Assembly (NCBI GenBank): GCA_047495785.1
Contig: JBLDXI010000001.1
Span: forward strand, 2,728,001 to 2,792,000
Source: Lepidodermella squamata
Taxonomy: Eukaryota > Animalia > Gastrotricha
Direction: 5' to 3'
Length of the DNA: 64,000 nt
A program made the position numbers and the translations under genes. Of this stretch, positions 9,901-22,960 are shown in pieces (the stretch's first letter is position 1; each line of letters starts with the position of its first letter). Below the pieces are notes generated by a model. It was not told the DNA's origin, searched no databases, and saw only the letters and a program-made list of their open reading frames with translations.

Positions 9901-12310
9901 ATGAGCGCCAGCGTAAGAGACGCAAAATTTCAGGACTTGACCTCTGACGAGACATAATAGCAAGAAATTTAAGGAAACTGATCGAGCTTCGAGGACGCAC
10001 TGGGGAGATCTTCTATTTCAAATCTCAGTGACATTAATCTCATTTTCGCATAAGGAATATCCCCACCTGACATCATTCGTAGATGAAATTTACATGCTTG
10101 GCACTTGACACAATCACAAGAATCACAAAAATACAGCCAGTAGTATCTGTGCTTTACTACGGTGCTCATTGCAAAATAGAGCTACTTGGCCAAGAATAAA
10201 TTTTTATTTGCCATTTAGCATTTAGGAGTAATGCGTGTTCTAATGTGGGTTTTTCCCAGGTATAGACGGATAGATATTTGGCGAAAAGAGTTTGGATAAT
10301 AAGTATTTACCTCGGGTGATGTGGGTCCATCATTGAGCCCATGCCGGAGTAGTTGACGATTGTCACCATTGTTGAAAGTTAGTTTTCAACTCCCTGGAAT
10401 ACTAAGGTCTCGAGACACGCGACATGTTAGGCCGCGCCGCCGCTAGCGTTGCTCCAATATCATTCACGCACGTCGATCGTATAAAATTAATAAGTTAGGC
10501 TAGGAACTTCTATCATATTAAAACATGAAGCGTTCAGATCGCTTGGATAAAAGCGGGCGACATCGAGGGGCTACCCTGGAGAAGCATGCTCCAGAAATCT
10601 TGGAAATCGTGTGAACACGAGTAGTTTTAGAATTTTTTGCCATTAACAATGTGGTCATCAAGCAAAACTGAATGCGTAGGAACACTTCTCTATGGAAACC
10701 TAACCGATAGAGCTAAACTTACATGCAGTTATTACATCGCTAAGAAATGTTAATATTATGCCTATTTATCTTCAGGGAATATAATTGTTGCAGGCTCAAA
10801 GATTTGGTCGTTCAACCATTTCTTTGTTATATCGAGCAAGATCAATAATAATAAAAACTCCGATCATTGTTTCCGCGTATAAAAATATTGGGGGAATAAT
10901 ATACTCTGCTGATATAATAGTCGAAAACTATATATAAGAATGACTTGCGTTATAGCTAGTGAGCATCGGATTCTCGGCCCCCCGCCCCAACATAATTGCA
11001 TGCTTTAGTGCTTTATCGCAATTGTCTCAATGGCGATGGCGACAATAGAGACCGGAAGTAAGGAAATATGCGAAAAAGACGCGCTCGTGTTCATTTTATA
11101 TCTTTAACTGGTGTCCATGTTACACTTCATAGTTATCATTATTATTGCTATAATATTAGCATGGCGAAACGGGTATTGTAAGAATAGATCAGAGCAACGA
11201 GAGACGACACGAGAAACAATAGTGCCGATGTACACTTATTAAGAAATAGGCCGATCGCGCCGAATTTGCTGTGGGTACTTTTTTAAGAGAGAATATGCCT
11301 CTCTCTCAACGCTACATGATTGCGAACTACGAGCGAAACTTAATCTTTATGGCAATTCATGTAAATTACATCGATCAACTTTTTGCTGGTATATTTACCA
11401 TTTTTCGCCGGATTTTTATACACATAGGCAATATATCAATGCGGCTATGTTCAAAAAAAGAGTCGAAGAGGAACCATAAGAATCGGATGAAAACGCAGCA
11501 TAACGATAGATCCGTTGTTTCAGTGCGATAAATGAATCGCCCAGTCTCTTGGCTTTTTGCTTCGAGAGTACTGATATACTCAAATAACTCGATAGTTCGG
11601 CGCCGTTTTGCATAATAGAACATAAATAAACAAACTTGTACATGAAACCATCATCATCTCTTAGGATATAGAGGCACATGAACACCGAAAATATCTTATA
11701 TATTATACAAATTGACAAAAAAGTAAGTATATCGCCGCGGCGTGCCAAACGTCCCCTTTATGCAACGCGATCTTGCGTTGTACCAAAAAGTATAAAAAAT
11801 TCGTTGATAAATCGCAATTACACCACATGCCAAGTCGGTGCGAACGATAATAATAAATAATAAAGAAAAAATAAGGCATAATTAAATGGGGGAAACAGCT
11901 AGAAAATGTAAGGTAAACAATTTTGATATGCGCCGATATACTTACCCTTCTTCGTCGCTATCAACCGGCGATAGCACTCGGCGATTGGCCTGCGGTGACG
12001 CGGCCTCGCAATCGATGAACGGCGATACGGCCTCGAGTTGCTGGAAATACGGATTCGACGATGATTCACCAGGTATCGGCGCCGCACTTTTACCTCGCGC
12101 CTGCTCGTCATCGCTGAAAAATCGCCGCAAAAGAGGCGCACGTCGGCAAGCTTTAACGAGCGTGTCGCGCATCGACTGCGGCCGATTCTGCGACAAGGCG
12201 CCCATGCTCGACGCTGACGACGTAGCCGCGTGGTGGTGGTGGTGCGACGAGCTCGACGCATTCGCGTTCGGCGTGTAATGCTGCCCGGTTTGTATGGCTA
12301 TGTTCATCAT
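6972..12310 (-). CDS. Shaker: Shaker-type (Kv1) voltage-gated potassium channel; exons 12310-11946 (or 10369-10311), 8762-7695, 7644-7325, 7270-6972
   Basis: T1 domain [14 protein letters not shown]...[21 protein letters not shown]4 [23 protein letters not shown], pore [10 protein letters not shown]6 PVPVIVSNF and C-terminal PDZ ligand ETDV. Splice phases are consistent. Confidence 0.97.
9639..9945 (-). mobile_element. Degenerate LTR-retrotransposon integrase fragment in a Shaker intron
   Basis: Interrupted frames read [10 protein letters not shown](Y)AGAHF ... [13 protein letters not shown] ... QANG(LANG)QMSERFNKS ... [12 protein letters not shown]. This resembles the integrase core pattern IVSDxGxxF...PQANGxxERFN...W. 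Confidence 0.45.
10311..10369 (-). CDS. Shaker: Alternative first coding exon of Shaker ([20 protein letters not shown]|)
   Basis: ATG-initiated 59-nt exon ending in a phase-2 AG|GTAAAT donor, matching the phase-2 acceptor at 8762. A TTCCAG acceptor lies about 25 nt upstream of the ATG. Confidence 0.7.
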
Positions 12311-15300
12311 CAACGCGACATTATTTGGCCGATCGTTGTTTCCAAGTTAGGTCATGGTTATTTTCTCGTTAAAATTTCACCTGGTGAGACAGGTGTAGAG
12401 AAAATTGCTATAACAGCTACGATCTAACGTGGCAGCATATTTTCCATGAGATTAATTAAATTAAAGAATACACTAAAAGGGAAAAAAATCCATAAGATCA
12501 ACATCAGGTTTTTTAGGAGGAAATTCGATTTTCTAAAACTTGAGGTGGCAGACTGAACTTTTTCGCACTCCTTACTTTTTACTCGGCAATATTATTTCGA
12601 GCAGGGTGTTTGGTACCTATGCATATAATTATAATAGCCATGCCCGAGATTGCTGTGCATTCGTCGCGTCAGTTGGCTCGCTATTTCCCACCCTGCGCGC
12701 GTTGTCAGGAACTGTGCGGCGAGAAAATACAATAATAATAGCAATATAATATGTATAAAAATCGAATAAATAATAATATTATTAGCAAAAATATGAAAGG
12801 GGAGAGGGGGCATCCTTCATTTAAGCCCCATCGTCACGGCCTCATCGTGGAACCTCAACGGGAAACGATTACACAGCTCTCACGCAAAATATATCACCTC
12901 GCGCTAATGCAGAAATGAAACATAATAATAATACGATAATAATGAAATTATATAATATATCGAAAAAGTAGCAGCATTGCAAAAGCAAAAGCGAATAAGC
13001 AGCGATGATATTTAACCGCGTAGCTCGGCGTAGTGTGACACTCGCGGCAATTTTTTGCAAACGCCCGGTTTCTTTTTTCTCGCCACCTAAAAAGCTGCCC
13101 GTAGATATGGCCGTGATAAATACTATATAAAATTAGGTTTAATAAATAAATAAAAAACAGTGACAGGCGCCTGATGTGAAAGATCGCACGCAATCGCAGA
13201 GAAGCTAGCCGCACTTGGCTACGATAAGATCTGGCGAGCGAGCGAAATGAATGCCAATCGTTATTATATTCCTATTCCTAATTATTATCGACGATAGGCC
13301 GATTGATTGCGCGCGCGCGCGGTGAAAACAGTTTTAGAGAGCAAAGTTTAATACTATAAAACATTCTAAAAGTTTTTTCAAGCTGTCATTAATAAAAATA
13401 TCATAATATTAGAATAATATGCCAATCGGCTGGTTCGGTGCTTGCGCGTCAAAGTGTCAAGAATATCAATCATTACGCGACGACTAAACGTGTAATAACG
13501 AATTAATAATTCATCTATAGATAAAAAAAATAGAACGATTTGTCCCGTCTTTGCCATTCAAACAATTAAATAACCGATTAAATCATAGGGTTAAAATAAT
13601 GCCGAAAAGCCAGGTCTCTTCGAATAATGTTAGCACTAGAAATTGATTGTTGCCAGTGGAAATATTGAAACGCAACAGTAGACGTAACAGTTAAGGTGTT
13701 TATTTGTATTTCATATCAGCATCCGCTTCGGGCTATCAAGTTGAATTATAGCAGCAGGAACGGGAGGCCGCAATATATTGGTAACAGTTTAAACCGAAAA
13801 AAAACTAGGTGGAAGTCCTCTCCAGTGCGTTCAGGTTTGAAAAAGGCTCAGTTTTCACCTTGGTCGAAAAAAATCACGACTATTTCAGCATTAATAATAA
13901 TCGCGCCGCATGCATCCAATATTGCATCGCCAAATTATTACCTTAATACTTGAATTATTACTTACATTGCATTATTATTTCAAGTTGATAATAATAATAA
14001 GCGAAGTTGAGAGATGAGCTGTGTAGAAGACGGCTGTGTTTAGTCCAGGGTGAAGCTGTGCGATTAGCATTATGCCTATATAAAGGCCTAGCTGCCATGA
14101 TTGATTGCGTTCTTCATTCGGTGTTTCCCTTGGCTCGCTTGCAGAATTATTCACGGCCTCCACGCGCGCGAGAAGCGCTTACAAAAAACAAACTGCGCCC
14201 TCGGAAGCGCTCAGCATGCAGGTATTTCAGCCAAGATCCGGCATTGATACGCCTTGGTTTCATATACCTATGAGCGAACAATAATAACGATATATTTTTG
14301 ACGAAAGAAATTATCGGACGAAACATGGAAAAGGCCGGCGGCGCGTTGTATAATTTGCATAATCCAGTGAGTGAGATGGAGGCACGAGTAGGTATCGGAA
14401 CTATATTCACCAATGTTTAAGAGGTGCTTTTTATATTGCCGAAGATTAGCACGCGATGATCGAGAGAGGTTACGGCGAGTGGAGGAGACTACGCAAAAAA
14501 CCAGCCATGAGCCACGGCCATTTTCGCACACCCACCTATTCGATTGAGGCGCGCCTGGCCAACGCGCAAGCATGGCAAGGAATCGTAATAAGTGCCTGTA
14601 TTAATAAAAAAAGCGATGAGTTTTAGGTCGAGTGTGTGAATTAGGAACACGGCGCGCGCGCACGGTTGGATTAGTTAGTAGGGAAGTCTGGATATATAGG
14701 AAGCCTTCAGAGTACGCGCGCCGGCGGAGGCAAATCACCGATGCCATAATATCGTTTCGTATATAATACGGCTTCGCGTTTTTTCTCCTTCCCTCGAGTA
14801 TGTATTAACCGCTACTATGATTTTTGTATCATCGCGGCCTCGCCGATCGGCACAGACAACTTATTATAAGCTAATTTTAACTCACATCCCGCGCACCTAT
14901 ACACTTCTTTATTCTGCCGAAACGTAGTATATGCTTTTATTTAAAAAATCGCCACAATGAGCCGATCGCGCGAGAGACCCTAGCGATTCATTACAACGGA
15001 TGTATTTATTTGCACCGTTTGGCCAGCGGGGCCTCTGTTTCCGAGTCTATGAAAAGAAGCTCAGGTCAGGTGTTGAGTATTATAATGTATTGAATTTCAT
15101 TTATAAACCGCTACTATATCACTTCGCGAGCTAGATTTTTTAACTTCAACATCATTCTCACCGTGTACGATTTATCCACATTTTTTCGCACATTAATACG
15201 CTGCATTACATTTGCGCGCTTTTTTTAAGGTTGATTATACATAAACAAAAAAGAGCGCCGCACAATTTGCAACAGTAAAAGCGGCCAGTCGGTCGTCGCT

Positions 15301-17222
15301 CGCTCGCCTTCGCCCACGGCCTCAAAGAATTTCTATCGAGCGTAACCGATTACCTGAGCAATATATATGCATAAAAGGTGTATATTGTCGAAACTCATCT
15401 GGGTGTGTAAAAAAAGAAGGAAGTATAGGGCGTATGATGCACACACGTGTTTTATTGTAAATAGTACGTGATCAACGCACGTTCTGCACCGAGGTGTGCA
15501 AAAAATGAGGCGAGCGAGCCTGTGAACACCGTCCGATTTTATTCCTTTTTCACATCAGATGAAAACTTTCATCTAAGTAATAGCATCTTTATTGCCTATC
15601 ACTCAATCAGATTCGAGAAACAAGTCCGGTTAAAATTCGTGATGATGGTTGGTTATAGTTGATGAATTTGATTAAAATCGATTTAAAGTTCGGATTACAC
15701 GTCGCCCAGGAAATTGAAGGTAGCTCTGAGCACAAGATAAAACGCGATGAATCGGCAAATATTGACATGACAATAGGTTTTCATTCCTTTTACGTGTGAT
15801 CGTCACGGTCAAAAGAATTTTCGTTGTGAAACGCATCAAACAGAAAACGACACGATAAATATGATATGAAATTGAATGAAAGGGAGGACGTTTTTTTATG
15901 ATTGATGAATTCAGCCATTCATCTCGCTGCTTTATATGTCCGCGCGCTGGGGTGAGATTACTATCACTCTGTATCGTGTTTTCTGGAATAATCACCGATT
16001 TCTCAGTCTTCATGGGTGAAGATAAGGAGCAGCCAAAGTCGCCAAGAAAGCCGACAGTTTGTGAGGTAACTTTTTACCAATTGAAGCTATTCGTTTATAC
16101 ATTCAATTGATGCGAAACATTCGGGGCAAGTTTTATGAGTACAGCAGTTTTCATAGGGATCTGGGAATAATTTATTCCTATTGGCCAAGCAAACGACCCC
16201 AGAGAAAACTGAATTTATTGGCCGATGGGAAAACTTAATTAGGGTCCGGGAATTCCGCATCATATCGTCTTTCTATTGTTTCAGCCCGTCGAATTGCTAC
16301 GTGTTATTACAGTTAACAAACTTCAGCAGACTTCTAGCTCTTTTCACCTATCGTGAAATGGGTGGTTTTTAATCATATCCTTGTTACCTTTTCGAGGAGG
16401 CGCAAAGAGATGACCTTTTAATGAATTTCAGGTTGATTTCTCTTCGAATATACGCTGATATATCACAATATAGTAAAAAGTAAAAGGAAAATCAAACTTC
16501 TAGAAATCCTGAATTTTCCGCAAAAGGTGAATGAAGATCGTCGATGTTCTGATGAAAGGACTCATCTCCAGCCATTTACTAAATATTTCGAATTTGAATT
16601 TGACGTCGCCCGCATTCATGACGATTCCTTTCAATAAGAGTAATTCCTTGCAACAATTTTCAAATTTATGAGACTGGTAATTAATTAATTGTTCTAGCCT
16701 AGCCATAACTCAGGAACACTGCAATAGCTTTGGCAAAAGCGAACATCTAACATACGTTCTTGAACCGTTTGATACCAAATGCGGGCTGAAATTCTTACTA
16801 CGAAATACGAAACATCGACTCGGAAAGAGAGCTGCGGGCTCAATGTGCAATTCGTCATATCTAATTATCAAAATGTTAATCAATTTTAGCATAACATTAC
16901 GAGGTGACTGATCTTGGTCAAACCAAAATAATTTCCTCACCAATGCCAGCTAAATTTGAGTAGAATTTATAATGACAGATGACATTATAAATTATATAAA
17001 ATCCCTCCAGTAGTTTATATTGATTTTTGTACCTGATTTGAGGCCTGCCCCGTATTAAAGCCCATTTGAAGGCCTTTATTGTATTTGAGAACGGGCATTT
17101 ATTCGGGTAAATACGAAATACGGGTAAAATTCAGTTTCATGCAAAATATTTATGAAATAGCTGGAGATGAGCTCTTTCATTGACATCGACGAGCGACGAA
17201 ATCGAGATTGAGGTGGTTTCTA

Positions 17223-17401
17223 CAGGGTGGCCACAAAAAGCCGCAGGGGGCGAAGTTGATGCCTAATATCAATTCAATGAGAAGTTTCAAAAAATTGAGG
17301 ATTTGCGTCGGTAAAAAAGATTGCTTGAATTTCTTAAAACTCCTCATTAAAATGATATTAGGCATCAACTTCGCCCCCTGCGACTTTTTTTGGCCACCCT
17401 G
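17223..17401. mobile_element. Tc1/mariner-type MITE (179 bp, nearly palindromic)
   Basis: Termini CAGGGTGGCCA...TGGCCACCCTG with TA on each side (17221-17222, 17402-17403). Imperfect inverted arms extend roughly 75 bp. Confidence 0.88.
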
Positions 17402-18662
17402 TAAGGATTCGTTGCAGTTTTCAAATCTAACCATTATGCCATTCCCAACATGAAATTCTAGTTTTCTATTTTCTTTCTATTGGAAATAAAAATCTAAATT
17501 TTTTGAGCTTCATGAAGTCATTTCATGTTGCAAGTTTAATTCCGCATCTTGGAATCATGCTTTTGTTATTGGAATTTGTCAAGATTTTTCTATTGCAGGT
17601 ACGGGAGTATCCTCAAATCAGAATCGCATATACTCCCAAGCACGAAACGAGGAGTCGAGTTCGGTACGCTTTGGTTACGATACGGAAATGTTGTTCAACA
17701 TTTTCAATTATGACAGGTATGCTCCGGGATCTGTCAGCGTCGAATCAGCTTATGAGGCTCACGTTCCCGCTCAACTGCGACGCCCTTTCAACCCCAATTA
17801 TTTCAGATTTTGACGAAAAAGACCGGAAAACTCACAATAAATTCACTTTACTTCTTTCAAGCTTCGGCTTTTGAAATGCGAATCCGAATGACAATTGCGA
17901 ACCAGAAAAATTAACACCGATTTCTTTTCAAATTGTATCATTACCATCTTTACAATAATATGCAAAGACTGCTCTCTATGTTGTGTATAAGTAGCCATTT
18001 GTTAGGATTTTGATATAAAAATAGCCAAGTAAAAACACCAAGAGTTTCGAGAAGCAAACCTCTTTCAATAATTCGCGCGGTTAATATGTTTTTGTTAATA
18101 AGAAGCTGCGTTAATAGTTCATATCGTACAGGCGATCAAGAAGTTACTTTTTACTGTACATAACAACCGAAATGAATGCCCGAAATGCGTACGAGCTCTA
18201 TCAAGTAGCTGAGGAAAGGATATAGCATGTAGGTTTACGCATCATATCATCTCTTCTTTTACAATTCGAAGAGATGGAAAAACGGGGTTTCCGTTTCGTG
18301 AAAACACAGACTGCAAACTGATGATTGTGCCCCATTTGTAACATAAAAATCTAAGATATTTCTACGATACCTCAATCAATCGAAGCTAACATCGATTCAT
18401 CTACGCAAGCAGTGGAAAACTCTGTGGACAATAGCAACAAAGAAACCTACGACCTAAATAATCGATAAATAGACACGAATGTTGGAGTAAAACGGCTTGC
18501 AGAAAAGACAGAATGAAGAATGAGGCAGAGCGAAGCCGAGAGAAAGTATTTTTTATATTATTTTTCTTTTTTCTTAGTATAGTGTAGCAACGGCACATTT
18601 TTTATCGAACGGTACAGCGCGTTTTGCACGTTTCGAACTATCGATCGATGTTCGTCGCCAAA

Positions 18663-20083
18663 TCATTCGTAATACGGTGTGCTGGTAGTTATGTTGATAA
18701 GATCTTTCGTCCTAAACGCAAAACAAGCCATAACAAATTGATTAATTTATGATAAACGGATCGATGATTGGTAACTCACTTCTTGCCGAACTTTATGAAC
18801 AAAATAAGCAGCAGAAGGCCAGCAGCTAAGGCGAAAGCTCCAACAATTATGTAAACGTAGCCGAGGAAATAATTTTTGCCGCCTAACCACGAAACGGTTG
18901 TGATTACAAAATGCTTTGTTCCAGAGAACTGAGTAACCGGGTAGTCTAGGAAAAAGAACAAATAATTATTTTCAGATCAGTACGCGCCGAATTATCGTAC
19001 TGTAATTGATGTGCAATGTGTAATTGCCAGCAGGTAGGCCTTTCGAAAATGCCGGGTCGCCAGAGTCGTGAGCCACCTTTCTGTACAATTTTCGGAAATT
19101 CGGGAACGCGGCAGTTCGCATCCACACTATGAGATCTTCGTTCTTCAAGCCATTATTTTCAGTGTCGTTCAATGGAAACTCTGGCTCGGGGTCCAGATTC
19201 AAAATATCTCTTTGCCAGTTATTCGGGCGCTGACTTTTGGCAAAAGCTGGAGAAATGAATTGCTTTAATTGCAAAAAATATCAATTTTATGGTGCTTACC
19301 ATCGGTCAAATTCGGACCAGGTGGGTTATTGAATCGCATTGCCTTGTCGGAAGGCCAAGCGATGCCCTTCTTCGTAACTTTGACCGGTATGATTTGATTG
19401 CCGGTATTGAAGAACAATTTGAAACTGTCATTGAACAAACTGTTGGCCAAAGCTCCGCATGGAACGATGGGATAGGCACTGCTGTTCTTCGTAGAGTAAG
19501 GATCGCAGCCTTCCTGTGCATCGAGTTTGCCTCGCAGCTGTTGGTCATTGCGCGACTTGGCATATAGACGATGGTTTTGATAGTAATTAGTCAGGCCATA
19601 GTAAAATAATGACGGCACCTATTTTTCAAACGTAAATATGTCATCGCATTTGACAATCTATGAGATGAATTACCGGAACACCAGGGTTAGGAATTATTAC
19701 AGCTCTCTTGCAAATACAAGTAGCATTGCCTGGGTTGTCGGCTAAAAGCTGCGCGCAATTTGTATTGCCAGGTACAGGAGTGCCATTCAAAAATCCATCG
19801 CCAAAGCAGTTTGTGTAATCTACATCTATCTCAATAATCTATAATAAAATATGGTGTTACGTGAGATGCCTGAGAAAATTGAATAGTAACTTACGCTATC
19901 TGCAACATTGAAGATCCAAACTCCAAGAGGAATAAAGGCGATTCCCACGGCAAAGAACACGGGCAACACAGAATAAGGAGTAAGTACAGGTTGACAGGCA
20001 GGGAGACGCTGCTGTCTGAATGCAGTATCTTTCGGCCTGTTCGGATACTTGTTTTCAGTTTCAGAATCTCCAGTGTCTGCCAT
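18663..20083 (-). CDS. TMEM30A: CDC50/TMEM30A P4-ATPase flippase beta subunit; exons 20083-19895, 19838-19674, 19618-19300, 19246-19001, 18945-18780, 18711-18663
   Basis: Motifs [67 protein letters not shown] and [11 protein letters not shown]. Confidence 0.95.
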
Positions 20084-21978
20084 AATTACTTAACAGACAC
20101 GGCTAGATAAAAGAGAATAATAATCAAGAGAGATCAGAGCACAGAGCCACTTTCATTTAAGCGGCTTTTTCGTAACGGATCAAAAGAAGAAGCGAAGGTA
20201 GAAACACCGGGAGCTGAAAGTAGTTGAGGCATCAAGATGTAATGAGCTACGAGCCACTAGACAATAGCTAGTACATAAATTATAAATGATAAATGTTATC
20301 TCTTAAGCATTACGTAATTTTAGTTAATGTTGTATCACGCAAGTTGTGGAATATTGGAGACAGATCGCAATATTTAGGCTTTAGGATAAGTATAGGTATA
20401 GGATAGCTGTAGTTGGACATCGTCTATCGTAGATCGTGGAACTCTCAAGAAGCAAGAATCAAGAATCATCATAAGTAACTTTTTTGTTTCCTTGAAGCTT
20501 GAAGCAGTCCTGTATCAATTAATCGGGAATCGGGACTCGCGATCACCTAGGCATTATGCATGGGGCAGCAGTCAGCGACAGCCAACAGCCAACTATGTCT
20601 TTACCTGAGTCTCCCCCATCCTACTACTCGATTTTGGCCCGGTTAATCACGAAAGTTATTTCCGTGAAAAACAATCAATGGGCATAATATTTTGTAATAC
20701 TAATTACTAACACTATATAAATTGTTAGTTTAAATGTATTTGGAATGCTATGATTGTAAACTTATGCGGCATGCTTTTTCCTTCAGAGACCGGTGGTGGT
20801 CGCCGACTGGTGGCGACAAGAAGCCAGTGACTTTCTGTCTCGCGAGACACGTGGCGCATAGGATTTTTATTTACTCCAATACTCGAATGCTCCCAGGTAT
20901 CGTTCGAATAATCAGCTGGGTGGTGGAAGGTGGAAGTGAGGCAAACTTTCCAGTTCCACTCAGCGTTAGTCGCAGCTCATGGTTGATCGCTCATGAGCGT
21001 GGGAGAGGGCGTGTCTCTTGAATCTACAATCATAATGCTGAGTGCTGATAGGGCGGATCATCTTGCTGCCGACGGCCCGACTCCGGCAATGCGATCAAGA
21101 AAATCGGTCCAATTGAATTATTAGCCGAGCACATGGCCATGGTTTTTCGGTATGAAACATTGAATTCGGTAGTAGGCACGGGAAAAATACGGGAATTTCT
21201 TTTAATTTTCAGCATATTTAATTACATAAAAAACACCCAAGTAAGCCATGGTGCCATTTGGCTTTCTCGGTTTCCACAGTAAACGCTTAAGTGCTCTGCT
21301 GAGCAGGCGCGACGTAATGTCGCTATGACTTCCCCACTTTATTGGCTGTCATTGATTCTGTTCTCTTTTGAATATGGAACGGTTCCGAACGGCTCCGAAC
21401 CAGATTCCAAACAGCGTAAATTTGAATCAAGAAATTCGATGGAATGCAGCTGGTCCAGCTTCCAGCTTCAACCTGAGAACCTAGGAATTACTTATTCTTT
21501 GGACGTAAATTTGGTCTGATAGAATCACTAATGGCTATCGAACATTCTTGTTTGCAGGCTCTGAACAACTCCGTTAACAGTTTTCCTCCGGTCAACTATC
21601 AACTACTTATCCCCTCGAATATCAACACGCAGTGTTTATAGTCTGTTTATAGTCTGTAGAACGACATTTCCAAACAAGCATTAAGCTAGTAAAAAGTTGT
21701 TGCTGTTGTTAATTTTATTGCGACTGCGATTGTGAAAACTGCGGGTGCTCTTAAATTTCGATTCACACAACTTGAAAATTCGTCTAATTTTTAATAATTT
21801 CCTAAGGTCCCGGAATGCTTTTTTGTTCCAGTTGTGCTAATGAAAAGAGAGAAGAATGCCTCGCCTGTGTATAAATATCTGCGATTGAATATTAAATTTT
21901 CTGAGGTGGGAGACGTGTTTTGCAAGTCCCCGCCTTGTTTTATACTAGAGCGTTATTTGAATTGTTTTGACGAGGGTC

Positions 21979-22212
21979 ATGGTACCCCCTGCACTGAAGA
22001 GTTTCCGCTTCGATGAAAAAAGCGGTTCAAAGCTGACAATTGCTGATTTGGCTACTGCGCTGAACCAGTTTCGCGATATGGTCGTTGAATGCCTGGATGA
22101 TCTGAGTAAGAAAGTTGAAAATGCTGTTGGACCGGAAGGTTCAGTCAGAGCCGAGTTAAGTGACCAGGAACGGTTGTTTACCAATCGAATCGACGATCAT
22201 TTCGAATTGTAG
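21979..22212 (+). other. Short helical/coiled-coil ORF, possibly the 5' remnant of a non-LTR retrotransposon ORF1
   Basis: MVPPALKSFRFDEKSGSKLTIADLATALNQFRDMVVECLDDLSKKVENAV...; protein-like composition, isolated in an intergenic region, no continuation found. Confidence 0.3.
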
Positions 22213-22960
22213 AGTTCTTGGGCGTCAAAGCTTCCGAATAAATGCGCAGCTTGGACTCCATTATCTCATAAAAAGTTGACTCAAATGCGGTATTACAGGT
22301 AACGCCTATTTATTTTTCAATTGTAAATAATAATATAATATTTTATTATACGTATCTATAAGGCAGTAATAAGGTAACATATGCTCACCGTAGCAGCAAG
22401 ACTTTGAAGGGTCCTTTTCATAGAACAAAACTAGTAATGAAGATACATGATACCGGTAGATCTCAATTTAAAGAAATTCTTCAACGGCCGTAAACATAAA
22501 CGGAAGACCTGAGAAGCATAACCATCGCCAGATCTATTTCAACAATAGGTATTTCAGATACCAAATAATAAATTTCAGATACATTTGCATATTATGAAAA
22601 CAAATTGTTGATGCAAAATCATACAGGAAAATTTCGTTCTCTCATCTCTCAAAATTTCAATCAAAAATAGACATTTGCCATCGATGTCGTTGCATAATCG
22701 TGTCGAAATAAGCAGTAGAAGAAGAGCGCTAATTATCGAACGGAAGCCCAAAGAATTAACACCGGATAATTGATCGAGGAAGATTAGAGCGATCGAGCAG
22801 CGTAACTCCATCAGACATCGGTTTTGCAACATGAGCATACATGAACCAAAATCAGATGGGCAAAACAAGGTTAATCGTTTGCGAGCAGAAGACGTTGGAA
22901 CAAAAAATATCGAAAATAATAGTGCATCAAGTCTATTCAAAATATTCAGTTTCGTTTTAT

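Noticed and set aside
16500-16943. Minus-strand ORFs with KNFSPHLVSNGSRTYV, faintly like a Pif1/Helitron helicase motif
   Set aside because: Only one short motif, with no other helicase motifs or Helitron termini recognisable.
17177-17453. Two mirror-image ORFs on opposite strands
   Set aside because: An artefact of the palindromic MITE at 17223-17401.
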